DNA of 64,000 nucleotides from an uncultured Chloroflexia bacterium (GTDB taxonomy: Bacteria > Chloroflexota > UBA6077 > CF-72), in NCBI GenBank assembly GCA_963776625.1, contig CAVZNP010000001.1, positions 205,922-269,921 on the forward strand, given 5' to 3'. Positions 50,781 through 60,962 of this stretch are shown here, one piece after another. Numbering within the stretch: position 1 is the stretch's first letter; the number at the start of each line of letters is the position of its first letter. Position numbers and translations under genes: made by a program. The notes below the pieces were generated by a model. That model was not told the origin of the DNA. It saw only the letters and a list, made by a program, of their open reading frames with translations, and did not search any database.

Positions 50781-51989
50781 TTATTGGGCAACCACCGTCC
50801 GCACGGCGTTCAGTAGTCGCTGCACGTCCTCGCGCGTGTTGTAGCCCTGGACCGAGATGCGCAGCGACGGCGCGTCGCCCCACCGATTTGCGGGAATCTC
50901 GATGTGGTGCTCGTCATACAGGCGCTGTTTGACGATCGAGACGTCGACGCCCGGCGGCAGCGGTAGGGTGGCCATCTGCGCGAACCAGCGCGGATCGTCG
51001 GCGACCGCGGGTTGGATGCCACTGATCTCGAGCATGCCCTGGCGGGCAACGCGTACCAGCTCATGACACTCCTGACGGACGCTGGGCCAATCCCGCTCCT
51101 GCTGATACGCGATGGCGGCAGGGACCGACAGGTACGCGGAGATGTCGTGGGTGCCCTGGCGCTGGATGGCGTCGACAAACGGCGTGGACCACGGGTCGCG
51201 CGGACGCCAGCCCCAGCTCACGACGAGGGGCTCAATGAGTCCCTGGACTTCGGGGCGAGCATAGAGGAAGCCCGCGCCTTTGGCGGACGACAGCCACTTG
51301 TGGCAATTGCCGCCGTAGAAATCGACCTGCATCGCCTGGAGATCGAGGTCGATCTGGCCCGGGGCGTGGGCGCCGTCGATGACCGTCCAGATGCCCGCCT
51401 CGCGCGCACGTTGGATGAGCGGCTCGATAGGCAGGATGACGGCGGTGGGCGAGGTGATGTGACTCAGGAACAGGACCTTTGTCCTGGGCGTCACGCCAGC
51501 CCAGACAGCCTCGACCACCTCGTTCGGGTCGTCGAGCTGGCGCGGCAGCGTCTGGATCTTCAGACTCGCCTGGCGCTGCTCGATCACGAAGGTCCAGGTC
51601 CGCTCGAGGGCGCCGTACTCGTGGTCCGTGGTGAGGATCTCGTCGCCCGGCTGCAGGGGCAGTGAGCGCGCCACGACGTTCAGTGCGGTCGTGACATTCG
51701 GCAGCAGTACGACGTCGTCTCGCGTCGCGTGCAGGTAGGTGGCGAGCGCGGCGCGTGCCTCGTCGAGGAGCGGCTTCTGGCGGCGGCTCAGGAACTCGAC
51801 GGGCTGGCGCTCGAGCTCGAGCTGCCAGCGCTGATACGCGTCGAAGACCGGGCGCGGGCAGGCGCCGAAGGAGCCATGGTTGAGGAAGACGACGTCGGGG
51901 TCGAGAAGGAACTCGCCGCGGATGCGCAGGTGGCGCTGCTCGGCAGCGTCGTCGTAGGCGACAGGCCGTCGCACCTCGGCGAGACTCAT
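50781..51989 (-). CDS. Aminotransferase class V-fold PLP-dependent enzyme (isopenicillin-N epimerase / cysteine-desulfurase-like)
   Basis: 'VVFLNHGSFGACP', 'LFLSHITSPTAV' and 'GNCHKWLSSAKGAGFLY' (PLP-lysine context). Confidence 0.85.
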   Translation of the reverse strand: MSLAEVRRPVAYDDAAEQRHLRIRGEFLLDPDVVFLNHGSFGACPRPVFDAYQRWQLELERQPVEFLSRRQKPLLDEARAALATYLHATRDDVVLLPNVTTALNVVARSLPLQPGDEILTTDHEYGALERTWTFVIEQRQASLKIQTLPRQLDDPNEVVEAVWAGVTPRTKVLFLSHITSPTAVILPIEPLIQRAREAGIWTVIDGAHAPGQIDLDLQAMQVDFYGGNCHKWLSSAKGAGFLYARPEVQGLIEPLVVSWGWRPRDPWSTPFVDAIQRQGTHDISAYLSVPAAIAYQQERDWPSVRQECHELVRVARQGMLEISGIQPAVADDPRWFAQMATLPLPPGVDVSIVKQRLYDEHHIEIPANRWGDAPSLRISVQGYNTREDVQRLLNAVRTVVAQ

Positions 51990-52025
51990 CGGGGCGCATG
52001 GTAGCGCCCCCTCACCGGCCCGTAG

Positions 52026-52640
52026 TTACACAACCTTCGCTCTCTGGGCATGCCACTCACGCGCAAGCCGCGCGATAGACTCGGCCTGGACGCCTTCAGC
52101 GGCCAGGATCGCGCGTTTGTTGTCGCTGCCCCCGAGGGCGTATTCGCCGATGTGACCGTCGCTGCGCACCACGCGATGGCAGGGGATCAGCACGGGCACC
52201 GGGTTTTTACGCAACGCGGAGCCAACCGCGCGGACGGCGGACGGATGCCCAATCTGGTCCGCAATCCAGGCGTACGTGCGCACCTCGCCGCGAGGAATCT
52301 CGCGGGCTTTGAGTAGGACGGCGCGTTCGAATTCCGTGACGCTGCGCAGGTCGAAGCGAGAGCCGACCCACGCTGGCAGCCCTTCAGCCGCGGGCGCGGG
52401 ATGGGGAGCCCTGTGGAATCGCTGTCGGAAGACGGCCTCGAATTGCTCCGCTGTCGCGGTCTTCATCACGGCGGACACACCCAGCCGGTTCCACGCGACG
52501 AAGACGGGACCCAGAGGTGTGGTGAGCTCGGCGTACTCGTCGCCCAGGCCGACCTCATTCAAGACGGCTTCGAGCACGGTCGGAGGGGCTTTGACGTCCC
52601 CCAGGACGCGGAGATCGGTGCGTAGCTGACGGTCGTTCAT
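52026..52640 (-). CDS. Methylated-DNA--protein-cysteine methyltransferase (Ogt/MGMT family)
   Basis: Active site 'IPCHRVV', the Ogt N-domain 'TPLGPVFVAWNRLGVSAV' and the HTH 'TYAWIADQIG'. Confidence 0.8.
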   Translation of the reverse strand: MNDRQLRTDLRVLGDVKAPPTVLEAVLNEVGLGDEYAELTTPLGPVFVAWNRLGVSAVMKTATAEQFEAVFRQRFHRAPHPAPAAEGLPAWVGSRFDLRSVTEFERAVLLKAREIPRGEVRTYAWIADQIGHPSAVRAVGSALRKNPVPVLIPCHRVVRSDGHIGEYALGGSDNKRAILAAEGVQAESIARLAREWHAQRAKVV

Positions 52641-53221
52641 CGGTGTTCCCCCACGAGCAGCAGTTCGGGCTCGAGCGCTTCACGCAACAGGCGCAGCCCA
52701 CGGTGGACGTCGGACTTGGTGGTGCCGACGGGTTGATCGAGGATTTCGGCGGCTTCGGCGTAGGTCAGGCCCTGGATGTGGCGCAGCACGACGGCCGTGG
52801 CGTAGCGCTCGGGAAGTGTGTGCAACGCCTCCACGAGTTGCGCGTGCGTCTCGCCGGCGAGCATGGCGCGTTCGGGCTGCTCGTCACGTGTTTCGGAGGC
52901 CAGCAGACGGCCGGCGGTTGGCGCGTCGATGGCCACTACGGGAAGCTCGGCGCGCCGCACGCGGTTTCGGACGACGTTCAGGGCGATTTGATAGAGCCAG
53001 GGTCTGAGCCGCAGCGTGTCGATGCGGTCATTCGGATACCGCTGCAGCGCCCGGTACGCGCGCACGAAGGTGTCCTGGATGGACTCCTCCGCGTCCTGGG
53101 GGCTGGCGGTCAGCCGCAGGGCGAAGGCGTACAGGCGGTCCTGAAAGGTCCGCACCAGCTCTTCGAAGTGGCTGTCCAGGTCGCTCGCCAGGCGAGAGGC
53201 CAGCCGGCTTTCGTCGGTCAT
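52637..53221 (-). CDS. ECF-subfamily RNA polymerase sigma-70 factor
   Basis: Region 2 'YAFALRLTASPQDAEESIQDTFVRAYRAL' and region 4 'LTYAEAAEILDQPVGTTKSDVHRG'. Confidence 0.85.
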   Translation of the reverse strand: MTDESRLASRLASDLDSHFEELVRTFQDRLYAFALRLTASPQDAEESIQDTFVRAYRALQRYPNDRIDTLRLRPWLYQIALNVVRNRVRRAELPVVAIDAPTAGRLLASETRDEQPERAMLAGETHAQLVEALHTLPERYATAVVLRHIQGLTYAEAAEILDQPVGTTKSDVHRGLRLLREALEPELLLVGEHR

Positions 53222-53327
53222 TGCTCTGTTGAAACAGCACGAACGCGGAAATGGTTGCGACGCCAACGTCGGGGGTGCAGGGCCCTGATATGCTTCCGCT
53301 CACTTCTCGCCCCCACGGGAGGCCCGA

Positions 53328-54623
53328 TTGTTGATGTCACCGTTGCGCTTTGCCGCCGCGGTTGTCTCGTCCGTGAGCCTGGTGCTGGCGGCTTGCCAAC
53401 CGGCGCAGCAAGCGGCACCCACGACACCGCCCGCCGCGGCTACCGCCGCGCCCAAGCCGGCCGTCGCGGCCAGTCCGGTTGCGAGTGTGGCCGTCGCCGC
53501 GAGCCCAGGTGCCAGCCCGGCCGCCAGCCCCGCGGTCAGTCCGGCAGCGAGCCCGGCTGCCAGTCCAGCCGCTAGTCCAGCCGCCAGCCCGGCCGCGAGT
53601 CCCGCGGCGAGCCCGGCTGCCAGTCCCGTTGCGGCCGTCGCCGTGGCGGCACCTGATCCCGGCTGCCCCAACGACCCGTCGCCAGGCGGCAAACAGATCC
53701 GCGTCGGCCTGGTTACCGACGTCGGCAAAGTCGACGACCGCAGCTTCAACCAATCCGCCTGGGAAGGCGTGCAGTGCGCCCAGAAGAACCTGGGCCTGAC
53801 CGACATCAAATTCATCGAAACGCAACAGTCCACCGACTACGCGGCCAACATCGACCAGTTCGTGCAGGCCGGATACGACGTCATCGTCACCGTTGGCTTC
53901 TTGCTAGGTCCAGCCACCGTGGCGGCCGCCCAGGCCAACCCGAACATCAAGTTCATCGGCGTCGACCAGGCGCAGGACACGACGGTGCCCAATCTCGCCG
54001 GGCTGACCTTCCAGGAGGACAAGAGTGGCTACCTGGCTGGCTATCTGGCTGGCCTGCTGAACAAGTCCGGCACGGTTGGCGAGGTGCTCGGCCTGTCGAA
54101 TGTGCCGGCCGTCGAGCGGTACGGCGTCGGCTACATCAACGGTGCCAAGGCCGCCAAACCTGACATCAAGGTGCTGGCGGCGTGCGCCAGCAGCTTTACC
54201 GACACGGTGTGGGGCAATACCACGGCCAACCAGATGATGAGCCAGAACGCGGACCTGGTCTTCGCCGCCGCTGGGCTGACCGGCAACGGCGCGCTGCTGG
54301 CCGTGGCCGACAAGGCCGGCGGAAACCTCGGGATCGGCGTCGACACGGATCAGTGGGAGTCGCTGCCCGAGGCGCAGAAGATCATCGTCTCGAGCGCCAT
54401 GAAGCTGATCGTGCCTGGCACGTACAAACTGATCAAGGCCGCCCAGGCTGGCGGGTTCCAGGGTGGCAACGTCATGGGCGACGTCGGCCTCGCGCCGTTC
54501 CACAATGATGGGCAGGTTCCCGCCGACGTCCAGGCAAAAATGAGCCAGGTTAGTGCGGACGTGGCGTCGGGCAAGACGCCGACAGGCTTCACCACGCCGA
54601 CGGGGAACTGCCCACAGGCATAG
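53328..54623 (+). CDS. BMP-family (Med/PnrA-like) ABC transporter substrate-binding lipoprotein with an (A-S-P-A)n low-complexity linker
   Basis: Lipobox 'LVLAAC', the 12-bp DNA repeat encoding 'ASPAASPA...' and a BMP core 'IRVGLVTDVGKVDDRSFNQSAWEG'. Confidence 0.85.
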   Translation: MLMSPLRFAAAVVSSVSLVLAACQPAQQAAPTTPPAAATAAPKPAVAASPVASVAVAASPGASPAASPAVSPAASPAASPAASPAASPAASPAASPAASPVAAVAVAAPDPGCPNDPSPGGKQIRVGLVTDVGKVDDRSFNQSAWEGVQCAQKNLGLTDIKFIETQQSTDYAANIDQFVQAGYDVIVTVGFLLGPATVAAAQANPNIKFIGVDQAQDTTVPNLAGLTFQEDKSGYLAGYLAGLLNKSGTVGEVLGLSNVPAVERYGVGYINGAKAAKPDIKVLAACASSFTDTVWGNTTANQMMSQNADLVFAAAGLTGNGALLAVADKAGGNLGIGVDTDQWESLPEAQKIIVSSAMKLIVPGTYKLIKAAQAGGFQGGNVMGDVGLAPFHNDGQVPADVQAKMSQVSADVASGKTPTGFTTPTGNCPQA

Positions 54624-54647
54624 TTCACCGACGCGGAGTGCGGCACC

Positions 54648-55764
54648 CATGCCTGGCTGGCGCTCGTGGCTCTACACGCTGATCGTTCCGGTCCTGGCGG
54701 TAGTCACGGCGCTGGCCATCGGTGGGGTGATCATTGCCCTGACCGGGGGCGACGTCGCGAAGGCCTACCAGGGCCTGTGGGAAGGCTCGTTCGGCCAGCC
54801 ACGCTCCATCTCGAACACGCTGGTTCGCACGACGCCCTACATCTTTGGCGGCCTGGCCGTGGCGCTCGCCTTCAAGGGTGGCCTCTTCAACATCGGCGTC
54901 GAAGGCCAGATCACGATGGGCTCGCTGGCGACGGCCTTCGTCGGCTACGCGGTCGGCGGGGTGCCGTTCCCGTTCCACCTGATCCTGGCGGTCCTGGCTG
55001 GCTTCATCGTCGGGGGTCTGTGGGGAGCCATCCCCGGCTTCCTGAAGGCCTATACCGGCGCCCACGAGGTCATCGTCACGATCATGCTCAATTACGTGGC
55101 GATCAACGTGGCCAGCTTCCTGCTCGGCGGCCCGATGAAGGATCGCAATCCGGCGGTCGCCATCGCCCAGACGGCGCCGGTCCTGCCATCTGCCAGACTG
55201 CCGCCATTGCTGCCTGACCCGCAGTACCGGGTGCACTGGGGCGTCATCCTGGGCGTACTGGCCGCAATTGTCGTGTGGTGGCTGCTGCAGAAGACGACGC
55301 TCGGTTTCGAAATTCGCACGGTCGGCGCCAACCCCAACGCTGCGCGCTACGCCGGAATCTCCGTTGGCCGGACCACCGTCATCGTCATGGCACTCTCGGG
55401 CGGACTGGGGGGCCTGGCCGGCGCCCTGGATGTGGTCGGCCTGAACTACTACTACGCCGCGGCGTTCACCGCTGGCTATGGCTTCGACAGCATCGCCGTC
55501 GCCCTGTTGGGGCGCAGCAATCCGTTCGGCGTCCTGCCATCGGCACTGCTCTTTGGCGGCCTGGCCTCCGGGTCCGCGCGCATGCAGTTCCTGTCGCAGA
55601 TTCCGATCGACATCATTCAGTTGGTCCAGGCGCTGATCCTGATCTTCGTCGCCGCGCCGACGATGATTCGCTGGATCTACCGTCTGCGGCTGCCCCGCGA
55701 GGCCGAGGTGCCGGCCACCGGTGATGTCCAGATTGGCGCCAGTTGGGGCAAGGCCGAACCGTGA
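54648..55764 (+). CDS. ABC transporter permease (BMP/nucleoside system)
   Basis: 'MPGWRSWLYTLIVPV...', ~9 TM helices. Follows the BMP SBP. Confidence 0.8.
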
Positions 55765-56813
55765 GCGTGAGCGGCGCTCAACGCGCTGCCGCATGGTCGC
55801 GCGTCGGCGGCGCCGCCCAGTTCAAGACGTGGCTACAGGTCGCCATCTGGTCGGCCATTGGCGTTGTCCTGCTGTTGCTGGCAGGGGTGCAGTTCGGCTC
55901 GGCGGCGACGCTGTCGATTCTGACGGTCTCGCTGACGCAGGCGACGCCCATCACGTTTGGCGCGCTGACGGGCATCTGCTCGGAGCGCACGGGCGTGGTC
56001 AACATTGGCATCGAGGGCATGCTGCTCACCGCCGCCTTTTTCGGCTTCATGGTCGGGGTCTACACCCACAATCCGTTTCTGGCGCTCAGCGCGGCGATCG
56101 TCAGCAGCGCGCTCATGGGGCTGCTGCACGCGGTGCTGTCCATCACCTTCCGCGTCGATCAGATCATCAGCGGCACCGTGATCAACATCCTGGCCGTGGG
56201 CGTAACCGGCTATCTGAACCGCCAGTTGTTCACGGCAGGCGCGCCCCCAGGGCTCGCCGCGTTCCCTCGGCTCAACGTGCCAGGTCTGAGCGACCTGCCG
56301 TGGATCGGGCCGATCCTGTTTCAGCAGAAGCCCCTGGCGCTCACGGCCATCGTGCTGGTGTTCGTCGTCCACTTCACCCTGTTTCGCACGCGCTGGGGCC
56401 TGCGGACGCGGGCGGTCGGCGAGCATCCACTCGCCGCGGACACCGTTGGGGTGAATGTCAATCGCCAGCGCTACATTAACGTGGTGATCGGCGGCGCCAT
56501 CGCCGGGCTCGGCGGCGCGTTCTTCACGCTGGAGTCCGTGCCGCACTTCGAGCCGCTGATGACCAACGGCATCGGCTTCATTGGCCTGGCGGCGATGATC
56601 GTCGGCAAGTGGACGCCGTTCGGCGCCTGGGGCGCAGCGCTGCTGTTCGGCGTCGCCGAAGCCATACCCGTGGCGATGCAGATTCAAGGCATCAACGTGC
56701 CGTATCAGTTGATCTCGCTGCTGCCGTACGTGCTGACGATCGTCGTGGTGGCCGGGGTGGTCGGCCGCGCGACGCCGCCGGCGGCCGACGGTCAGCCTTA
56801 CATACGCCCATGA
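55761..56813 (+). CDS. ABC transporter permease, second subunit
   Basis: GTGA overlap with the upstream permease. Multi-TM sequence '[19 protein letters not shown]'. Confidence 0.8.
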   Translation: MSVSGAQRAAAWSRVGGAAQFKTWLQVAIWSAIGVVLLLLAGVQFGSAATLSILTVSLTQATPITFGALTGICSERTGVVNIGIEGMLLTAAFFGFMVGVYTHNPFLALSAAIVSSALMGLLHAVLSITFRVDQIISGTVINILAVGVTGYLNRQLFTAGAPPGLAAFPRLNVPGLSDLPWIGPILFQQKPLALTAIVLVFVVHFTLFRTRWGLRTRAVGEHPLAADTVGVNVNRQRYINVVIGGAIAGLGGAFFTLESVPHFEPLMTNGIGFIGLAAMIVGKWTPFGAWGAALLFGVAEAIPVAMQIQGINVPYQLISLLPYVLTIVVVAGVVGRATPPAADGQPYIRP

Positions 56814-58399
56814 CGGTGACAAACGTCCCGCGCGAGCGGCAACCCGTGCTCGAAGTCCGAGGCATCGTCAAGCGTTTCGGGCCGCTTGTCGCCAACGACC
56901 ACATCGACCTGCAGCTGTACCCGGGCGAGATCCTGGCCTTGCTCGGCGAAAACGGCGCCGGCAAGACCACCCTGATGAACGTGCTGTACGGCCTCACCAC
57001 GCCGGACGAGGGCGAGATCCGGCTCGACGGCCAGCCCGTCCACTTCGACTCCCCACGCCGGGCCATCGCCTGTGGCATCGGCATGGTGCACCAGCACTTC
57101 ATGCTCGTGCCGCCGCTCAGCGTCGCCGAAAACTTGATGCTCGGCGCGGAGTCAACCATCGGCCCGGGCGTCCTCGACCTCAACAAGGTCCGCCGGCGCG
57201 TACGTGAGCTGTCCACCAACTACGGCCTGCCCGTCGACCCGGACGCGCTCGTGCGTGATCTGCCCGTTGGCATCCAGCAGCGTGTCGAGATCCTGAAAGC
57301 GCTGTACCGCCAGGCGCGCGTCCTCATACTGGACGAGCCCACCGCCGTGCTGACCCCACGGGAGGCCACCGATCTCTTCCGCGTCATGCGCAGCCTGGCC
57401 TGCGAGCAGCGCACCAGCATCGTCTTTATCACGCACAAGCTGCACGAGGTTTTTCAGGTAGCCGACCGCATCCTCGTTCTGCGCCAGGGCACGATCGTCG
57501 GCCAGCCGGACCCCGACGACGCAACCGGCGAGTCATTGGCAGCCCTGATGGTCGGCCGGCCCGTGTTGTTGCGCGTCGACAAGGAGCCTGCCCAACCCGG
57601 TGACGTCGTGCTGCGCATCACTGACCTGCACGTCCCGTCCGATCGCGGTCTGCCTGGGGTCGACGGCGTCTCGCTCGAGGTGCGCGCCGGCGAGATCGTT
57701 GGCGTGGCCGGCGTGCAGGGCAACGGCCAGAGTGAGCTGGTGGAGGCGCTCTGTGGGCTGCGCACGCCGGTCGGCGGTTCGATCACGCTCCTCGGTCGGG
57801 ATGTGACGCGCTCCAGTCCACGCCAGTTGGTCGATGCTGGCGAAGCGCATATTCCTGAGGATCGCCAGAAGCACGGCCTGGTGCTCAGCTACCCGGTGGC
57901 CGACAACCTGGTGCTGCGGACGTATGCGCGGCCGCCCTTCGCGCGGGGCGTGCGGATCGTGCGAGAGGCCATCCTGCGCTTTGCCCAGCGTCTGGCGCTT
58001 GAGTTCGACATCCGCGCGCGCTCGGTAGCCGTCGCCGCGGCGACGCTTTCGGGCGGCAACCAGCAGAAAGTCATCGTCGCGCGTGAGTTCACGCGCGGTG
58101 GGCGATTGCTGGTGGCCGCCCAACCGACGCGCGGCGTCGACGTCGGCTCGACCGAATTCATTCACCGCAAGCTGGTCGGTGCGCGCGACTCGGGTATGGC
58201 GGTGCTGCTCGTGTCTGCCGAGCTCGACGAGGTGCTGAGTTTGTCGGATCGCATCGCCGTGATGTTCCGCGGGCAGGTCGCGGGGGTGCTGGCGCCCGAC
58301 GAGGCCACACCCGAGCTGCTGGGCTACATGATGGCGACGGGTCATCGACCTGACTCCAGCGCCACGCCCGCGGAGCCTCGCGTCGGGGACGTGGCTTGA
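56810..58399 (+). CDS. ABC transporter ATP-binding protein with duplicated ATPase domains
   Basis: ATGA overlap. Walker A '[10 protein letters not shown]' and a second NBD '[12 protein letters not shown]'. Signature 'LSGGNQQKV'. Confidence 0.9.
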   Translation: MTVTNVPRERQPVLEVRGIVKRFGPLVANDHIDLQLYPGEILALLGENGAGKTTLMNVLYGLTTPDEGEIRLDGQPVHFDSPRRAIACGIGMVHQHFMLVPPLSVAENLMLGAESTIGPGVLDLNKVRRRVRELSTNYGLPVDPDALVRDLPVGIQQRVEILKALYRQARVLILDEPTAVLTPREATDLFRVMRSLACEQRTSIVFITHKLHEVFQVADRILVLRQGTIVGQPDPDDATGESLAALMVGRPVLLRVDKEPAQPGDVVLRITDLHVPSDRGLPGVDGVSLEVRAGEIVGVAGVQGNGQSELVEALCGLRTPVGGSITLLGRDVTRSSPRQLVDAGEAHIPEDRQKHGLVLSYPVADNLVLRTYARPPFARGVRIVREAILRFAQRLALEFDIRARSVAVAAATLSGGNQQKVIVAREFTRGGRLLVAAQPTRGVDVGSTEFIHRKLVGARDSGMAVLLVSAELDEVLSLSDRIAVMFRGQVAGVLAPDEATPELLGYMMATGHRPDSSATPAEPRVGDVA

Positions 58400-58468
58400 A
58401 GCGACTGAGTCTGGTGTCAGATCAATGGCGCGGCCCGTGTGACACGGTCGGAGTACCCTTGCTGGGGG

Positions 58469-58930
58469 ATGCGGAGGCCAGGACTGTTCGGCGTGGTCGT
58501 GGTGGCGTTGTGGTGCGCCGGGTGCGGCGTGCTGCCCGGGACGGGGTCGGCGCCCGCTTCGACGCCGACCGGTGCGACAACACCGTCGTCCGCGGCGTCC
58601 GTGGCGGCGTCACCCTCGGCTCAGGCGAGCGCAACGGGTGTGCCAAGCCCGGTAGTCGCCAGTCCGGGCGCGGGGCCGACCAGCGCCGCGCAGCCGACCG
58701 CCTCAGCGAATACGGTCTACGTGGGTAATACCGATGGCGAGGGGGTGTATATCCGCAACACGCCCGCCATGGACGACAAGGCGCGCGCATATTCGGACGG
58801 CACGGCGCTGACTGTCATTGGTGACGACGTCGATGGCGACGGTCAGCACTGGAAGCACGTCAGAACGCCGGACGGCCTGGAAGGCTACGTGCCGTCACAG
58901 TACACGGTCAGTTCGCCGCCATCGGGCTAG
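58469..58930 (+). CDS. Lipoprotein with a C-terminal bacterial SH3 (SH3b) domain
   Basis: 'MRRPGLFGVVVVALWCAGCG' lipobox, a Pro/Ser/Ala linker and 'VYVGNTDGEGVYIRNTPAMDDKARAYSDGTALTVIGDDV...GYVPSQY'. Confidence 0.6.
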   Translation: MRRPGLFGVVVVALWCAGCGVLPGTGSAPASTPTGATTPSSAASVAASPSAQASATGVPSPVVASPGAGPTSAAQPTASANTVYVGNTDGEGVYIRNTPAMDDKARAYSDGTALTVIGDDVDGDGQHWKHVRTPDGLEGYVPSQYTVSSPPSG

Positions 58931-58954
58931 ACGGTCATGCGGCCGCCGCCCGCG

Positions 58955-59080
58955 TTTGCGCTCCAGGGGTTGAGGCTCGCACTGTCAGACGCCCTCTCTT
59001 CCTGAGAAGGTCAACACAAGTTCTCCCTCGGCTGCCGCGTTTGCGTCCCAGAGGGTGAGGCACGCACTGTCGGAAGAGGT
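58955..59080. repeat. Two tandem ~60-75-bp REP-like units sharing the core 'cgtttgcg...ggtgaggcacgcactgtc' with the 28470-28745 element
   Basis: 'cgtttgcgctccaggggttgaggctcgcactgtcagacgc' and 'cgtttgcgtcccagagggtgaggcacgcactgtcggaag'. Confidence 0.8.
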
Positions 59081-59084
59081 TCTC

Positions 59085-59190
59085 TCCGGAGAACAAATCA
59101 CGCATGGTCCCCTGCGATGGGTCCTCTCCGGGAACACCCGATGGGTCCCCTCCGCGGAACGCACCATGGGTCCCCTCTGGGGAATACGTC
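59085..59190. repeat. Four spaced copies of 'ATGGGTCCCCTC' (~25-bp period)
   Basis: Copies at about 59104, 59116, 59139 and 59166. Confidence 0.7.
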
Positions 59191-59973
59191 TTACGGCCGA
59201 GGAAACACCTTCGCGAAGCGTTCGACCTGACTCGGGTCCCCCCGCAGCGTCGCGCCGCACGACTCGAGCTCGGCTCGCCCGTACACCAGCAGCGCCAGCG
59301 TTGACGCCGGCGCGCTGATCGTCAGATCCGCGGCGCCGCCATCGCGGCTGACGTCCAGGGCGTCCGGGCCAATTGTGAGCAACCACCGCGCGGAAGGATC
59401 GTCCTCTGCCAGGAGCAAATAGCGCTCACCAGTGCCGCGTTCGGGGCTCAACCCGGCGGCGTAGGTGCGCGGCACGTTGCTCTCGAGCAGCGTCGGCAGC
59501 AGCAGGTGCGCGACGTCGGCCGACAGGGACGCCTGGCGCCCAAGTGACACGTCCAGGTCCCAGCCGTGAAAGCTCACTTCGGCCAGCCGATGCGCCGCGT
59601 ACCAGCGGATCGATCGATTGCCGCGACGATGGAAACACACGGTATCCAGCTGCGCGTCCGCCAAACCCATGTACAGCGACTCGAACTCGTCGGTCAGGGC
59701 CGCGAGCCCTCTGGCAACCGCGGGCGGTGCGTCCGTCAGCGAGTGCGATCCGCCCGTCGCGGGCTCGACCATGCCCTCGAGGCCACGTCGAATGCTCCGA
59801 ACGAAGCCCTGGCCGCTGGTGAGGATGTGCGTCGCCAGATCGGACACGAGCCACGGTGCGCAATTCGTCGGTCCGTTCCACTGGTCCGGCAGCAGAGGCT
59901 CGACGACCTGAACGATCGTCGTCGACCGCTCGCGGATCGCCGCCAGGCAATTGGCCACGTGAGGGTCGGTCAT
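59191..59973 (-). CDS. TIGR03083-family / mycothiol-dependent maleylpyruvate-isomerase N-terminal-domain (DinB-like) protein
   Basis: 'WNGPTNCAPWLVSDLATH' is the signature of the Actinobacteria-type TIGR03083/MDMPI_N fold. ATGA overlap with the E1-beta gene. Confidence 0.65.
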   Translation of the reverse strand: MTDPHVANCLAAIRERSTTIVQVVEPLLPDQWNGPTNCAPWLVSDLATHILTSGQGFVRSIRRGLEGMVEPATGGSHSLTDAPPAVARGLAALTDEFESLYMGLADAQLDTVCFHRRGNRSIRWYAAHRLAEVSFHGWDLDVSLGRQASLSADVAHLLLPTLLESNVPRTYAAGLSPERGTGERYLLLAEDDPSARWLLTIGPDALDVSRDGGAADLTISAPASTLALLVYGRAELESCGATLRGDPSQVERFAKVFPRP

Positions 59974-60962
59974 ACGCGGCCACAAGCCATTCGAACCGCC
60001 GCGACGATGCGCTCCGCGTTGGGCAGGGCCAGTGGGCGAACCCTGCCGCTCGGTGTCGGCACGGCCGCGGTCCCCACGCGAACGACCGGCGCGCGCAAGG
60101 CGTCGGGGCAGACTTCCGACACGGCCGCGGCAATCTCGGCGCCCAGCCCGCCGGTGACCCAAGCCTCGTGCACCGTCACCAGTCGGCCGGTGCGCCGAAC
60201 GGACGCGACGATACAGCGCGTGTCCAGTGGCTGAATGGAGCGCACGTCGATCACCTCCACGTGGATGCCGTCGGCGGCGAGTGTATCGGCCGCGCGCAGG
60301 CCGGCCGGCACCATGGAGCCGATGGCCGCCAGCGTCACGTCGTCTCCGGCGCGGGCAACGCGGGCCCGGCCAAGCGGCACGCAGACCTCGTCGCTGGCAA
60401 CCGAGCCACGCGGCGCATGCGCCAGCGACATCGGCTCGATGAACAGGACCGGGTTGTCGTCACGGATGGCGCTGAGCATCAGTCCACGGGCGTCGCTCGG
60501 CTGCGCGGGCATGACCACCTTCCAGCCGGGCACGTGCGCGAACCACGCCGAGTAGTCCTGCGGATGACCGCCGTAGGGTCCGTCCCCGACGCGCGTGCGG
60601 ACGACGAGCGGCACGCGCGCAGCACCGCCGGTCATGTAGCGGATGTTGGGTGCCTGATTGATGAGCTGGTTCATCGCCGACGGGATGAACTCGCCGAAGC
60701 TGATCTCGACGATTGGCCGCTGGCCGAACAGCGCCGCGCCGACGGCCGCCCCAACCATGGCTGACTCGGCGATCGGCGCTTCGCGGACGCGCCTCGCGCC
60801 GAACTCGGCCAGCAGCCCGCGCGTGCCCTGCAGCGAGCCGCCCATCGCGCCAACGTCCTGGCCGATGTAAAAGACGCGCGGATCGCGGCGCATCTGCGTG
60901 GCGATAGCGTCGATGACGGCCTCTGTTTGCGTCATGGACCGCGTGGCAAGCGCCCCCGTCAC
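59970..60962 (-). CDS. 2-oxoacid (pyruvate/acetoin/branched-chain) dehydrogenase E1 component beta subunit
   Basis: Transketolase-like 'VFYIGQDVGAMGGS' and 'PIVEISFGEFI'. C-terminal 'transketolase C' region. Confidence 0.9.
   Translation of the reverse strand: MTGALATRSMTQTEAVIDAIATQMRRDPRVFYIGQDVGAMGGSLQGTRGLLAEFGARRVREAPIAESAMVGAAVGAALFGQRPIVEISFGEFIPSAMNQLINQAPNIRYMTGGAARVPLVVRTRVGDGPYGGHPQDYSAWFAHVPGWKVVMPAQPSDARGLMLSAIRDDNPVLFIEPMSLAHAPRGSVASDEVCVPLGRARVARAGDDVTLAAIGSMVPAGLRAADTLAADGIHVEVIDVRSIQPLDTRCIVASVRRTGRLVTVHEAWVTGGLGAEIAAAVSEVCPDALRAPVVRVGTAAVPTPSGRVRPLALPNAERIVAAVRMACGRV

Noticed and set aside
53222-53327. ECF-type promoter motif (GGAAAT-N14-CGTC) between the sigma and BMP genes
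   Set aside because: Spacing and sequence match the AAC-N16-CGT consensus only loosely. It sits on the plus strand and so cannot autoregulate the minus-strand sigma gene. Too weak to call.
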